Counted from the stretch's first letter, positions 36,521-51,328 are shown. The stretch: 64,000 bases of DNA from Euglena gracilis (GCA_039621445.1 CP154954.1:26114954-26178953), one strand, 5' to 3'. Notes: generated from the letters alone by a model not told the origin. Translations and numbers: made by a program.

Positions 36521-39111
36521 TGCTCCCCCTCTGTACCCTACAATTTGGCCCCTGAAAATTTGTTTTTTTTTGCCAAAACTTGGCTCCAAGATTGCAAGGT
36601 CAACCAATTTTTCCTATACCTGTTTATGGACATTTATAGAGGCCACACTCACCAATCATGGTGATGGTAATCATATACACTAATTATAATCATTATAATC
36701 AGCACATGTCAGAACTTTCCCATTTTTTTTCGTCAGATCTTCGGAAAGTTATGTATTCATAACGTTGAAGTTGTTTCTGCTTTCGTTTTTTGTCACTCCC
36801 TTGCTGCAGGTTGCATCCGATCGATGGTGCAATATGTTCTCAGCCGCATCCTGTTTGTAAATTTGAAGCTGGCACTGAACAGTTTGGAATGTGTTGCCTC
36901 ATGTACACCTATCATCCTTCTTGCTGAGGATGATTTGGAGAGGAGGTGTGGTATGGTGTGGCGTGGTGTGGAGTTAGCCCTCCACCTCTGGTAAAGCTTC
37001 TTAAATAGAGGTGTCGAGTCGCCATCGTTTTTTATCACGTACACGTGAGTTTTTGACAGCAACACAAAGCCAGTTTCTGGGCAGTTGGCAACGTTTCTGG
37101 AAAACTTCAACAAACACTCACAAAAACTTGGAGGCTTGTGGTTTGTGTGTTATTTGGGTTGTGGTTTAGAAAACAGTGTGCAGCTACACATCTTTGTGGT
37201 TCAATCTTGTTGTCACAGAAGCAGCCACACCGGTGGAAGCTTTGTAACCGATGGCGGTGAACACCACCATACGATGTGCTGCCCTGGGGTGGGTGGGTCC
37301 GGCCGAGCCCCCCCCTCCCCTGGGGGGGGGTCCCCCCAGGGGGGAGTGGGATATGTTTTTCGGCGCCGAAAATTTTTGAAAAAAGGTGTGTGTTATTTTT
37401 GGCATTTTTTTGCGATTTTTTGGCCATTGGCGGGGAAAAGTGAGTGGGTCCCCAGGACCCCCCCCCCTCGGGGGGCCCCCAAGGGGTGGGTGGGTGGTAC
37501 CCCCCTCCCCCGGTCTTTAAAAAACCCCTGGTCGCATCGCGAGCTGTTGACAGGTCGATGCTTTGTGTCACGACCAGGGACTATACCGGGGAAGGTGGGG
37601 CCCCACAACAGCATCGTCCAACACTTAGGTTGAAGGCACTCTGTCCTTGTTCTTTCTGTCAATTAACCAACCACAAGTCCCCATGTGCCTGTCTCCTTTT
37701 CCCCGGCAAACTAGTAACCTTAGTGCCAATTGAGGAGGTGCAACTTTGTGTTGTTGCATTTTCAGAAGGAACTTTTGGTGGCTGGTGACCCCACCCACTT
37801 GTGAAAACCCACGTGCCAGCAGGATCTGGTTTGCTTGGTCGGCTGTGGGAGGGGTTGTCAGGTCAAAGAATTCCCAACGCCCCAAGACTACCCAGCACAC
37901 TCCCTACAACATGAATTTTACCAAAATTGTCAGAAATTTCGTTTTTGGTGACATTTGGTTGATGAAATTCCCTCTTGCGGCATTGCTACAGGCTCGGAGG
38001 ATGCGCATCTGCTGTGGGCCAAACTTTTGCCATCCCCTCGGACTACACCTATTTCTTGGTTGCCTATAAAGGCCTATCAACTGGCCTATATCAGGTTTGC
38101 ATTGCATGTGCCCTTTTGCTTTTCAACATTCTCACCAACATATTTGGGACCTGTTTAAAGAAACTGTCTGTCATTTTGATTTTTTTTTGCCCAAATCGGA
38201 TATTTACATGTGCGTATTTTGGCCAAAAAGCACACATTTTATATATATTTTGTGCATATATAGTGCAAGTTCGAGATTTTTCAGGATAATCTTGCATATT
38301 TGCCCATTCTTGCATATTTTGACCACACGTTTCTGGGGTTTCAGCCTCAATTTGTTGCACGCTGGGACCATTTTCGGCCATTTTTTTTGGCGATTTTGGC
38401 CCTTTTGGCCACTATGGGCCATTTTTGAGCCATCTCTGACCACCATTGGCCACTTTTGCTTTTTTTTTGGTGGTTAAAAATGGCTAAAAATGGCCAAGTG
38501 GTTGTCAAAGTTGGCCTTTAATGACCCTTGAATGGCTCGAAATTGGTCGAAAATTGCCCGTAAATGGCTGATTGTGCGGATAATGAGTGGAAATGGGCCC
38601 AAAATGGTTTGCCAAGTGGGGTCATGAACATGGCCAAAAATGGCACAGTTCCAGAAAATTGTTTGTTTCCCACATATGTCTTCGAGCATATTTCGCATTT
38701 TTTTTGGTGCATATTTTTGTGCAAACTTTGGTATCTGGTTTTACGCATATTTCCCCCCCTGGCCATCACTGGTGTTTAAACATAACCCCCTCCCAAATGA
38801 TACACCCGGGGGATATATTATTTTGGTAGCCGAAGTCGGGGTCTGGAGGGGGATATTATTTGGGGGGTATATTATTTGGGCAAATCCTTCAACAGACCCG
38901 CCCAAAAGAGACAACTCAAACAGACCCGCCCAAAAGGGGCATACCCACATGGTTTCTGCATTTGCATATTTTTGACAGGCAGCTCCCAACTATACGACCC
39001 AACTATACAACTATACGACAGGTCATCCAATTGGATGGGGAGGGTCGTATGGCGGGACCCGGGTCCGACCTTCGGGAAAGTTTGGGGATATTGATTGGGA
39101 TAGGGTTAGGG

Positions 39112-39399
39112 TAAGGATGTGTATTGATATTGGTTTTAGGGGAGGAGCCCCGATAAATTTGGATAGATTGACACCCTGATATCTCGATGAAAGTCGATAA
39201 AACCGATATGATCATTTTGTTGCCCGATATCCTCACTTTGTGATTTGGAGAATCCCAGAATCGCCCCAAAATACAACAAAAAAGTACATCACCCCCCCCC
39301 CCCCAATAAAGCCGATATTTCACGATATTTTTTTGGGACCCGATAAATTCAAGGTTTTCGATAAACCCAAAATGGGCCGATATCCAATGTCCACCCTTT
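39112..39399 (-). mobile_element. Sister of 9807-10862 inserted in a TTAGGG-like tract
   Basis: Reverse-complement similarity to 9807-9856 plus 10637-10862; 7-bp TSD GTTAGGG (39105-39111, 39400-39406). Confidence 0.75.
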
Positions 39400-40369
39400 G
39401 TTAGGGTTAGGACAGCAGGCCACGGGGCTCCAATTTTTGGGAAGTTAAGGAGAACTCAGGCCGCCTTTCGGACGAATTTAGGCCGTATTTGCGCAATTTT
39501 TTTTAAGGCAAAATAAGGTTTCAAAATCTTACAAAACAGGGACCTAACCTCTGGCTTAACTTTGTCCCTCGATCCTGACCTTAACCATATTCCTAAAATT
39601 AAGTAGAAACCCTCCCCAAATCCGCCGACGGTGGCCCAGAAACCGCGTGGTTCCCCAATGCTGCGGGACCGAAAAGTTGAAAGCGGGTCCCACCATACAA
39701 CCCCCCCCCCCCTAATCCGACTGGACGACCAGCGGGTTGCATGGTTGGAAGCTGCCTTTCGACACTATGTTTAGGTTGGTGTTACCATAACTGTTGCTTT
39801 TTGGTACCAGTCATTTTCGGCAAAGTGTGTTATTTTTGAACAGAAATTCTGTGTTTTCTGCTTTTCTGCGTTTTCTGCTTTACTCAATTTATTTGCTCAG
39901 CCGAAGTCCCCGGCCAGGGGGGGGGTATCTTATTTGGGGTGTATGTTATTTGGGGGTGTATATTATTTTTGGGCGGGTTATTTTATAATGCCACAGCATT
40001 GGGCTATTTTGTGAATGGTTTGGACTTTATATTTATTAATTTTTTTTTGTGATGCACATCGTAGCGGCCATTTTGCAGTTGATGTGCATTTCCCAAAAAA
40101 ATTTTGAGGTTTGCTTGCGGACATCAAATTTTTTTGTGGTGATGTGGACGTGTGAACTGTGAATTATCAGAGTTCTTCCTTCTCACAGCAAGAAAATAAC
40201 ACAGGGGTGGGGATCAGTCTGGGTTTCAAGGCAATCTGAGGGTGTTGGGGTCTGATTTAAATCAAGGAAGATCGCACCTGCTTCCTACCCACAACACACA
40301 CTGAAAACAACACACACGTGTTATTTCTGTATTTATGTTATTACCACATTTATTTGTCATGTAATATAA

Positions 40370-42194
40370 CCAGGTTTTGTGTAGTGCTGAGCTCTTTACG
40401 TGTATGATGGTGCCATGCTGCAGCAGATGTTTGAGGTGGTGGTCGGTGGCCCGGCGGCCCGGCAGCCCGGCCTGGCCCGGCGGGCTGGCCTGGCCCAGCG
40501 GCCCAACACGGCCCGGCCTGGCCCAGCGGCCCGGCACGGCACAGCACGGCCTGGCCCAGCCTGGCCCAGCCTGGCCTGGCCAGCAGCCCAGCGGCCTGGC
40601 ACACCCGTGCACGGCCCGGACAAAATGCATGGCTTTTTGGCCAAAAATGGGGGGCCGGGGTCGAAAAACGCTCATTTTTCAGCTCAAAAACAGTTTTTCC
40701 TGGTCCGGGAGGCCAAACAACATGGTTTCAGGCAATTTTTTTTCGACTTTTTGACCTCCACATGGCCGAAAATGGCACAGTCGGAAGCCTGCCACGATGC
40801 TTTAGGCTGTAAATCAGCCATATCTCGGGCCTGGCGGGGAGTTACGGGGAAATTAAAACACCGTTAGATAGGGCGTTCCAAGGGCTTCAATTTCAGACAT
40901 TTCCGGATATTTCCTTTGATTTTTTTTTGCTTCATTTCCGAGATATTTTGAAAAAATCAGGTTTTTGACCCCAAAAACAACCCAAGATGACCCCTTAAAT
41001 GGGCCAACATTTGCCGAAAAATGGCCGTTACTTGGGCTACACGAAGAGTTGGGGGAAAAGTAAAGCACGGTTGGATAGGGCATTCCAAGGCTTCTTTTTT
41101 TTTTCTCCGGACATTTTCTTTGATTTTGCTTCATTGTCGAGATATTTTGGAAAATCGATTTTTTGACCCAAAGAAAATGGCCCAAAAACATCTCCAAATG
41201 GCCGTTTTGGGCCACAAAAGCACTCCGGCGTGTCGGCGGCCAAAATGGCCGCCGACACGGGGGGCGATAGAGGGCCTCCAGGGGTACATTTGGTCAGTCA
41301 GACATTTCCAGGAATGATGTTCGTTTTCTCGAAATATTTTCGAAAAATCTATTTTTTTTGAACGAAAATTTTACCCCGGCGAAATGGCAGAGTCGAAACT
41401 GGGGGCCAATCCTACCCAGTTTGGACCCATTCGCGGCTGAATATGTGGCTGGAGGAGGGAATTATATATATATATATGTATATAATTCTTATTAATTCCC
41501 AATAAATAATAAATAAAATAATTCTATTATTTATTTATTTTATATTAATTATTAATAAATATATATAAAAATATTATGAGAATTTTTGTTATATATAATA
41601 TATAATAATATAACATATAATTTTTTTAGGTTGGGCCATGGGAAAATGGGGGGAGGGTTGGTGGGTCCGCCATACTGCCCCTTCTACTGGGGTTGGGCTG
41701 GGTGGGTGGGGGTTTCCCTTTATTTTTAGTGCAAAGAGGCAGAGAGGCCGAAAACTTTTCTTCCCAAAATTGACCTCCCCCAAAACGGCAAACCGGGGAT
41801 GACAGAGGGCCTCCAGGGGGTACATTTGGCCAAACCAACACTTCCGGAAATAATGTATGTTTTCTCGAGATATTTTCGAAAAATCTATTTTTTTGACCGA
41901 AAATCTCACCCCGGCGAAATGGCAGAGTTGAAACTGTGGGGGGTGTTAGTGAATCCCACCCAGCTTGGACCCATTCGAGGGTGAACAACTCGGGCCTGGC
42001 GGGGAGTTGGGGGTCAAACATTCGGAAACTCGGGATCCAGTCGCTCGCGACTAAAAAAAATTCTGGGAACCGGGCCAGGGTCATGGTGATAATCCGTGGT
42101 TTTTATCACCTACCCAGGGGGGGAGGGGGTTCTAACCCCCTTTTTCCCTGGTGGTAAGCTTTGCTCTTACTCTAAATAGATAAGAGCTCAGCGA
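40370..42194 (-). mobile_element. Non-autonomous Helitron-like element (copy 2)
   Basis: Plus-strand ends CCAGGTTTTGTGTAGTGCTGAGCTCT ... TAAGAGCTCAGCGA; no TSD; ~1.3 kb shared with 45657-47205. Confidence 0.7.
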
Positions 42195-42502
42195 CGCCTC
42201 TCTAATAAGTGCGCAGTGCCCAAATTATGCACAGCCCTAATAAGTGGTCTGAAACTACCTCCTAAAAGTACACCGCTCCACAAAAGGAGAAATTAGTGTC
42301 ACATCTCAGGTCACCAAGCACACACAATTCTCAGATCTCTCTTTCTCCAAATACTTCCATCGTTTAAGCCCAAATTTGACACTTAATCACTTGACTCATT
42401 GCTTGACATTACAGGAAGGGAAAAGCTGAAAAAGAGTGGTGGAAGATTAAGTATCTTGTGCTTTCCCCTAATAGGTGCGCAGTGCCCTAATATGGGCACC
42501 TG

Positions 42503-43358
<856 letters not shown>

Positions 43359-44108
43359 AGTGGGGTCCGAAACCATGTCCTTAAAATTTGCGCACCCATG
43401 CGCTCTTTCAGGGGGGTTTACAATATTTGAAAAACCAGCAAGCCATACAGGGTATTAAGTGAGCGGTGGTTTGCGGGGGGGGGGGTGGTACAAATTTTCA
43501 GATTTTCTTGTAACTCCGTGGCTAGCCTGAGTTATGACCATTTAATGATGGTATAAACCCCAACAACAGCCTGTTTTGAACTGTTTCGACCAAGGCGATT
43601 TCGGTCGTTTCGGGGTGAAAAACCAATTTTTTTCAATGTCTTGATAATTGTTGGGATCAAAAGAAAATCAATGGAAACCAAAATATAAACCCTCAAGGTG
43701 ACCCTCTTTCGCCACATATAATCCTCCAGGGTCACTTGCGCCCCTTCGATTTGGCCCGTTTTGCATTGTTTTGGTTTTCTCTCGACTTAACAGTTTTTTT
43801 GGGCTGAGCCACCACCATTTTTAATTTTCTTGAAAACAGTGGGTAACCAATGAAAGTAATTGGGGGACCTAAATTAAGGCCTGGGACCCTCTACCCCGTT
43901 GGGCTGCTTGGGCTGGAGGCTGGGGGGTGGGGGGCTGGGGGTGTGGCGGGGACTGGGGAGGGGAGGTTTTTTGAGGGCCCAAAGGGCTGGGGGGTGGGGG
44001 GAGGACGGGGGAGGCCTGAGGGGGGGGGGAGTGGTGGGAAGTGGGAGGGGGAGGGAGCTCATGAGCAAGAGGGAGGGAGGGTGGGGGAGCTCATGACTAG
44101 GCACCTAT

Positions 44109-45587
44109 ATGGCCTAAAATGGCCTAAAATGGCCTAAAATGGCCTAAAATGGCCTAAAATGGCCGAAAATGGCCGAAAATGGGAAAAATTCTGTTGCACA
44201 ATAATTTTTTTGTGAACAACTGAAGCTATTCAGGTAATGATTTTCGGTGTCTTTTGTTAATGTGGACTGCAAACAGTGGATTTGGTGAAGGAGCACAGCC
44301 CCACAAGACCTTTTTTTTAATCCCAACTCATAATAGTATCAGTCCCCAAATCCACGGTGCCCAACCTGCTTTTGGTAACTGAATTTTGAAGGTTTGGACA
44401 GCTGTATTTCTTCTTACTCCCAGTTTTTTTTGGTGTGAAATCATGTCTGTTTCACAAATAATGAAACAGTGCAAATTTGGAAGCATGGGTAAAAAGAGAG
44501 GAAAAAAAGATGAAAGATGTTGGAAAAATCTCCATTGAAAGATGTGTATGCTTATTCGTCAGGTGCCGGGGATTCCTTCAAATCACGAACCAGCAAAATT
44601 TTGGGGTTTTTCCAAAACCACAAATAAAACACGCCGAATGATCAAATGACCCAAAACAATCACAAACAATTTATGAATGAGATTCTCTCCTTTTTATGAA
44701 CGTGTTCAGAGGGCTTTTTTTTTTTAGTAATAAGTTTCCCCAAAGGGGAAAACAATCACGGAGAAGAGGAATTGCTCTCAGCTTTGCCCTTTGATCTCTG
44801 CCATCCTCTCTCATTTATGCCGAAACTAAATGGCTAAACCAATACCAAAATCACATTGAATTTCACCAGGCAACAGCTTCATCTTTCAGAAAAAAATGAT
44901 TTTTTTTTTGCGAACTCCCGCAAAATGGTGTAGATTTCACAAAACAAAAAAGACCAGGCGCTTTTTTTTGGGCGCAAATAAAAACTTTTAGTATTTGTCC
45001 AACTTTTTTTCCTGAAAAATTTTCACTGCCGTAAACTCTTACTGTTCAGAATTCCTCTATGGGTAGAAATTAAGATTTGTTGAGCTTCCCATGGTTTTGA
45101 TCCAGTTTTCATGAATTTTGCATGCTTTTTTGGATTAGCATTTCTTATTATTGAATAAGAGAAGGTTTGCACACATTATGGTACAGTTTTCGGGACAAAA
45201 ATGACGCAAAACTGTTACTTTCAGAAGCCCACCTATACCTCAAAATGGCCTGAAATGGCCTAAAATGGCCTAAAATGGCCTAAAATGGCCTAAAATGACC
45301 TATAATGGCCTAAAATGGCCTAAAATGGCCTAAAATGGCCTAAAATGGCCTAGAATGGCCTAGAATGGCCTGGAATGGCCTGGAATGGCCTGGAATGGGA
45401 GAAATGAAATTCGAAATTTAAGCAACCCAAAACAAGCTAATTGAAGGGAGAAAAGAAGAAAAAAATGGAAAAGAAGGAAAATATGGCAGAGAAGCAAGCT
45501 TAAACAACAACCTAGCAACAATAATAGCCTGATTTTAGGGTAATCAATGAAGCTGGGGCCTGGAATGGCCTGGAATGCCCTAAAATG
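44109..45587 (+). repeat. (AAAATGGCCT)n decamer arrays at 44109-44181, 45242-45398 and 45557-45587
   Basis: Direct reading, with graded variants AAAATGGCCG, AGAATGGCCT and GGAATGGCCT. Confidence 0.9.
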
Positions 45588-45656
45588 GGGAAATTTTTGG
45601 GCTTCATGACCATGACTGCACTTCTTGGTTGACCTGCGTATATTTCAACCAGGCTA

Positions 45657-47205
45657 CCAGGTTTTGTGTAGTGCTGAGCTCTTTACATCAGGCTTGCGCT
45701 TAGTCGGGTGCCTACTCCACGGGGGGGGGGTGGGTGCTAGGGGCAGGCACCCCATAGCACCCGATCCGACCCCCCCGGGGGGGGGTAGGGTTTTGGGGGG
45801 TGCCTGCCCCTAGCAGGCACCCCCCTCCGACCCCGGCGCCGAAGGCGCCGGGGGCCCGGAAAAGGCCATTTTGACTGAAAATTTTCTGGGTCCGGTCCGG
45901 TCCGGACCCCTATCCCCCGGGGGGGGGGGTGTGCCTGCTAGGGGCAGGCACCCTATAGCACCCACCCCCCCTCCCCCCCCGGTTGGTAAGCACAAGCATG
46001 CTTTACATATGCGATGGTGCCATGCTGCAGCAGGTGGTTGGGGCGTGTGGCAGCCAGGGCGGTTTGGCCCAGCCTGGCAGCCCGGCACGTCCCGGCCCGG
46101 GCCCGGCCGGCGGCTTGGCGGACTGGCACAGTCCGGCAGGCCCAGCCCGGAACTTTTTTGACCCAGAAGTGACCCAAAATCCGTGGCTTTCGGTCCAAAA
46201 ACAGGGGGCCGGGGTCGAAAAACGCTCATTTTCGGTTCGTAAACAGTTTTTCTGGGTCCGGGAGGCAAAAACATGGTTTCGTGCATTTTTTTTCGATTTT
46301 TTCGACTTTTGTTGACCCAAAATGGCTGAAAACGGGCCAAAACTGTGCATGTACAAAATGGCCAGAATTGGCCGAAATATGGCTGTAAATCGGGCTGGGC
46401 GGGGAGTTGCGGGGAAATCAGATTACTGTTAGATAGGGCGTTCCAAGGGCTTCAATTTAGGTCTCCGGACGTTTCGCTTGATTTTGCTTCATTTCCGAAA
46501 CATTTTGGAAACATGGTTTTTTTTTGACCTCGAAAACAGCCCAAGATGCCCCAGAAATGGCCAAAATTGGCCGAAAAATGGCCGTTACTTGGGCTACACG
46601 AAGAGTTGGGGGAAAAGTAAAGCACGGTTGGATAGGGCATTCCAAGGCTTCTTTTTTTTTTCTCCGGACATTTTCTTTGATTTTGCTTCATTGTCGAGAT
46701 ATTTTGGAAAAATCGATTTTTTGACCCAAAGAAAATGGCCCAAAAACACCTCCAAATGGCCGTTTTGGGCCACAAAAGCGCCCCGGAACACGGACCAGTG
46801 GTCGGCGGCCAAAAATGGCCGCTGACACGGGGGGCGATAGAGGGCCTCCAGGGGTACATTTGGTCAGTCAGACACTACCGGGAATGATATTCGTTTTCTC
46901 GAAATATTTTCGAAAAATCTATTTTTTTGAACGAAAATTTTACCCCGGCGAAATGGCAGAGTCGAAACTGGGGGCCAATCCTACCCAGTTTGGACCCATT
47001 CGCGGCTGAATATGCTGCTGGAGGAGGGAATTATATCTTTTTTTTTAGGTTGGGCCGCGGGAAAATGGGGGGAGGGTTGGTGGGTCCGCCATACCCCCCC
47101 CCCCCCAAGGGGTTGGGCTGAGTGGGTGGGGGTTTCCCTTTATTTTTAGTGCAAAGAGGCAAAGAGGCCGAAATTTTTTCTTCCCAAAATTGACCTCCCC
47201 CAAAA
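45657..47205 (-). mobile_element. Helitron-like element (copy 3, 5' end missing)
   Basis: Same CCAGGTTTTGTGTAGTGCTGAGCTCT terminus; colinear with 40370-41785. Confidence 0.65.
45689..46000. mobile_element. hAT-like MITE nested in Helitron-like copy 3
   Basis: TIR CAGGCTTGCGCTTA/TAAGCACAAGCATG; perfect TSD CTTTACAT (45681-45688, 46001-46008); empty site at ~40394. Confidence 0.9.
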
Positions 47206-47343
47206 GCGGGTACTCCCGGCCCCCCCCCACCCCGGGGATGGTGGGGGTGGGATGACCTCAAGTTTTTTTCAAAAAAAAATCTCTGGACTGGACGGGTGTG
47301 CAACTGCCCCCCCCCTCCCATGTCCCACTGGCTCCTCTGCCAG

Positions 47344-47412
47344 GCGGGGAATTTCACGCGGCGGAGCGCCTGCCTGTCTGGGGCGATGGAGTACCCGCTG
47401 TGGCCACTGCGC
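47344..47412 (+). CDS. Candidate host exon A (GEFHAAERLPVWGDGVPAVATA; frame uncertain)
   Basis: Pyrimidine tract + CAG acceptor, GTGTCT donor, GC-rich non-repeat island; phase compatible with exon B. Confidence 0.4.
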
Positions 47413-48416
47413 GTGTCTCCCCATGCCCCATGCCCCATGTCGCCTTCTCATCCGGATTGGAGCAGATTTGATTCCCACGGTGACCTCTTTTGGTGTTGCT
47501 TCTCCAATTTTTTTTGTTTCGATCAGTCTTCCCCCTCGGAGTCAACAACCCACCACCTCTTCTTTTGGTCTTCGCTTGTTTGTCTTCCAAAGGCTTTTCA
47601 TTTTGAGTGATTTTTTTTTACGATTGTCACCCAAGCAAACTCAGGGTCGTTCCAACAATAAATGGAATCTACATCTTCGGCAAACGGCTATTGGACTATT
47701 CTCTCTGAGCCCCACATCTGTCCAGAGAGGGGAGACCAGGGGTTTATTTTTTATGGCGAAAATTCTGAAATGTTTTTAAGGTTTTTTTTAAGGCTTTTAA
47801 GGTTTTTTTAAACAGTTTTTATATTTTTTTAAGGCAGTTTGAGGTTTTTAAGGCGTTCATTTCCCATTGGCGGTCAAAGAGCCATCTGGGCATCGAACCA
47901 ACATCGGTCCAGGTTGAAAATCAAACCCATTTTATTGAGTTTTGTGTGGATAGATAAATGTTCCTGCGATGCCAGAAATCATTTTTTCCCCCTGGAATTC
48001 ACCTGTTTTTACCGAGATTTTGCGACTTATTTTTTTGCTTGAAATTCGGAAATTTTCCAGGATGCATTTTTTGAGGTGATTTAAGGTTTTTAAGCATTTT
48101 GGCCAAAAACCTTTTCAGGCTTTTTTTTTTAAAGGGTTTTCAGGTATTTGTAGGCGCCTTTAAAGAAATAATGCCGGGGGGGGGCCCGCCCCCCCCCCCC
48201 CCCCCCAGTTTCTTCCCATCAGTACCCCGTGTCCCATCATGAGGTGCAGCCCGAACAGCCAATCACGTCAAATGATCCTGGGGGCAATGCTGGGCGATGC
48301 TCTCTCTAATTTTTTTTGCCCATTTTGCCCAGTTTGGCCAATTTTGGCCAATTTGATTACTTTGTCTGTTTGTTCTATTCTGGACCGATTTGTTTCAATA
48401 TTAAGCTAATTTGGCT

Positions 48417-51328
48417 TAGGCGGCCGAATTCGCACTTAAGTTTTGTTATTATTATTATTATTATGTTGATTTGATTATAATTATGTTGATTTGCGCATTT
48501 GCGCAAATTTCCAAAATTTTTGACTTCGGCTGTGTAGCTCCGGGTGGTTTGAAAACACGGTGACAAGAGAGTGCTAAAAATGAGCAAAAATCTGTTTCTG
48601 GCGGTGTGACCCCGGATTTTGGCAAAAAATGGTATTTTTTTTGAGGGGGCCGGAAACGGATTTCGCACGTCGAAACCCCCGGAACCTTCCCCCCTGGGAG
48701 TGAAAAAAGCGCAAAAAAAAGAGTTACAGGAACGGGACCTTTACTGCCCTTGTTGCTCTTTTCGGCTGCTTCCCCGGGTGAGCCCGAGCTTCCAGCGGAG
48801 TGCGTCCTGGGTGTTTGCTGGACTGTGTTGCTTGCGGCGCCTTGTCGTGGCGTTTTTTGGTTGTTTGTTAAAGCTTGGGGAGGAGGTGCCAGGGTGTGTG
48901 GGTGTGGTGTGATCAAGCCAGGAGGAAGGACGCAGGGCAAGGAAGGTAAGTGCGGGGTGTTTCGCAAGGGAAGCGCAGAGGGGAAGAAATAGGGTCCACA
49001 GGGAATGAAGGGGACTCTCTCTTCCACCCAAGTTATGCCCGGGATCCGCAAACCAGTTTTGTGGCAAAGAACCCAGCGGAAGAAAGCCCAACCCTTGAAG
49101 GACAAAATTGTGTTTATTTGCAAAAATGCTCGCACAAACATAATTATGTAGGTGCGCGCATTTGCGCAAATAAACACAATTTTGTCCTTCAAGGGTTGGG
49201 CTTTAGCGCCCATGAACTGACACCGTCGATAAATGGCGTGACAAAGGGGTCGTGACGGCTCGTACCAGTGGGCCATCCAGAATCATATTTTTGTGGGTTT
49301 GTCACACTGTTTGTTGATGGTACAGGCTTGTGGGCGCAAATGCGCGCACAAACAAAAATTGTGTTTATGCGCGCATTTGCGCCCATCAACACAGTTTGTG
49401 TTGGTGGGCGCAAATGCGCACATAAACACAAAGAAGGGTGTGACGGAAACACCACCGTTAAACGCCAGCAGCAGATGTGGTTCATTTGCGCATTTGCGCG
49501 CATCACGTTGTTTGTGGGCGCAAATGCGCAAATGAACAACATGAAAGAAATTGCACAATTTACATCTGGTTGTTTTGTGCATTTGCACCCACCAACTACG
49601 TGATGCGCGCAAACACGCAAATGAACCACCAATGGAGGAGTAAAAAGCAGCCTCATTTCGCCCTCCAACAGCTACCTTTAGTGGCTTCTGAATGGGTTCA
49701 ACCCAAATGCCTACACCGTCTCCTCCGGCACATGGTATTGGGGTGCCGTTTCTGGTCCATTGGCAGGTCCCCTAAAATATGGAGACAGAGGATCTCCTGA
49801 AGGTGGGTGCGCAGCCACCCGGTAACGGCACCCGTCCACCGGCACCAATTTTAGGGTCCCAAGGGCCCTGCCACTGGCCCGCGGCTTGGGCTCAGCTGCT
49901 GCAGCCACATCAGCTGCTGATGCTTCAGCACCCACCAGGCTGGTCGACCTCCCCGGTGCAACAACACCCAGCGCACGGCCACGTTATAACCCGCAATCGG
50001 GCCGCGAGACTGGGGGGACGACGTGGTGCCAGTGCATGGCAACCAACAGCCGGAGAGAGATAGCCCTCAAACACCTGTTACTTTGGGTGCAAGGAATTGT
50101 TGAACTTTTGCCATTCGGTTGGTTGCATCAAAGCTGTGGGACTCACCCCCCACAAATTATGCACAAAAACTGGTGTGTTTTACGTTCTTCAAGGGAAAAA
50201 TGGTGGATAATAACCAGAAAACGGACTCCGGCCCGACACATCCCGGGTATTTCAAGTGCTAAATTTTGACTTCTTGTAACGCAGCGCTGTTGCAGAAAAG
50301 GTGCCGAACGGTCACAGGTCGTTTGCACGTCATCAATTCATTACACTTAACTGCCAAACGGATGACGCCAAAACAACCGGCTGTTCGGGCCGGAGAACAG
50401 CAGTTCAAATGTACACACGTAAGGCAGGCCAATTTTGGCCAGTCAGATGCCATGTTCAAGTGAACATTACACACTACCTCTCACCACAAATTTCATCACC
50501 ATGCAATCCTCGTGGTGCAAACCAATGGTTGGCATGTGGAATTGCATTTGCCAGCTGTCACGGACGAGGAGATGGTGTCGCACAACTGATGTATGTTGAT
50601 TTGCGCATTTGTGTACACAAACAAACTTTGTTTGCGTGCGCTAAGGCTCGCTCAAACACACCATTTTGAAGCGATTGATTAAATGTTTGTGTGCGCATCT
50701 GTGCAAATGTGCGCACAAACATAATTGTGTTTATTTGCGCAAATGCTCGCACCAAACCGCCTATCATGTTCAAAAACCTTGTAGGTCGATGGTAATCATC
50801 AGTGTGCTTTAACACAGACATGTTGTTCGTTGTCTCCCATTGCACAAACCATCCCTATACCAGTTTCCCCAACACGTTGGTGCGCGCATTTGCGCGCACA
50901 AACAATTTTGTTTGTGGGCGCATTTTCGCCCACAACCACACATCAGTTGTGTGATGTCTCGCTGACGTATTCTGTGGTGTGTGATGTAATATCGCTCCCT
51001 GTGTTCTTACGGGCGGCTGCAGTATCCAAGCCACTTCAGCCAATGATTCAGAACCAGTTCCAAGTGTCGTAACAGTGGGTGTGTGTTTCCCTCCTGTTTG
51101 ATGTACGAGAGCACCAATCCCACCCTTGGCCCTATTTGCGTCACCCGGTAAGCAGCATGTGCACCAAATTACCTGGAGTTAATCCCCTTTAACAGAGGGG
51201 TGTAATAGTTCATAAACTGTCTTCTGGTGTCGGGGTGCGGGTTCCCAGAAATTTCGCAAAAATTGTTTATTTTGCGGAAATGCGCCCATTTCAAAGAAAA
51301 AACCCTTAAGTGCGAATCCGGCCGCCTA
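48417..51328. mobile_element. 2.9-kb non-autonomous TIR element with TAG...CTA ends and 9-bp TSD (hATm- or MULE-like)
   Basis: TIR TAGGCGGCCGAATTCGCACTTAAG (1 mismatch); TSD AATTTGGCT/ATTTTGGCT; many internal TTTGCGCATTTGCGC motifs. Confidence 0.8.
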
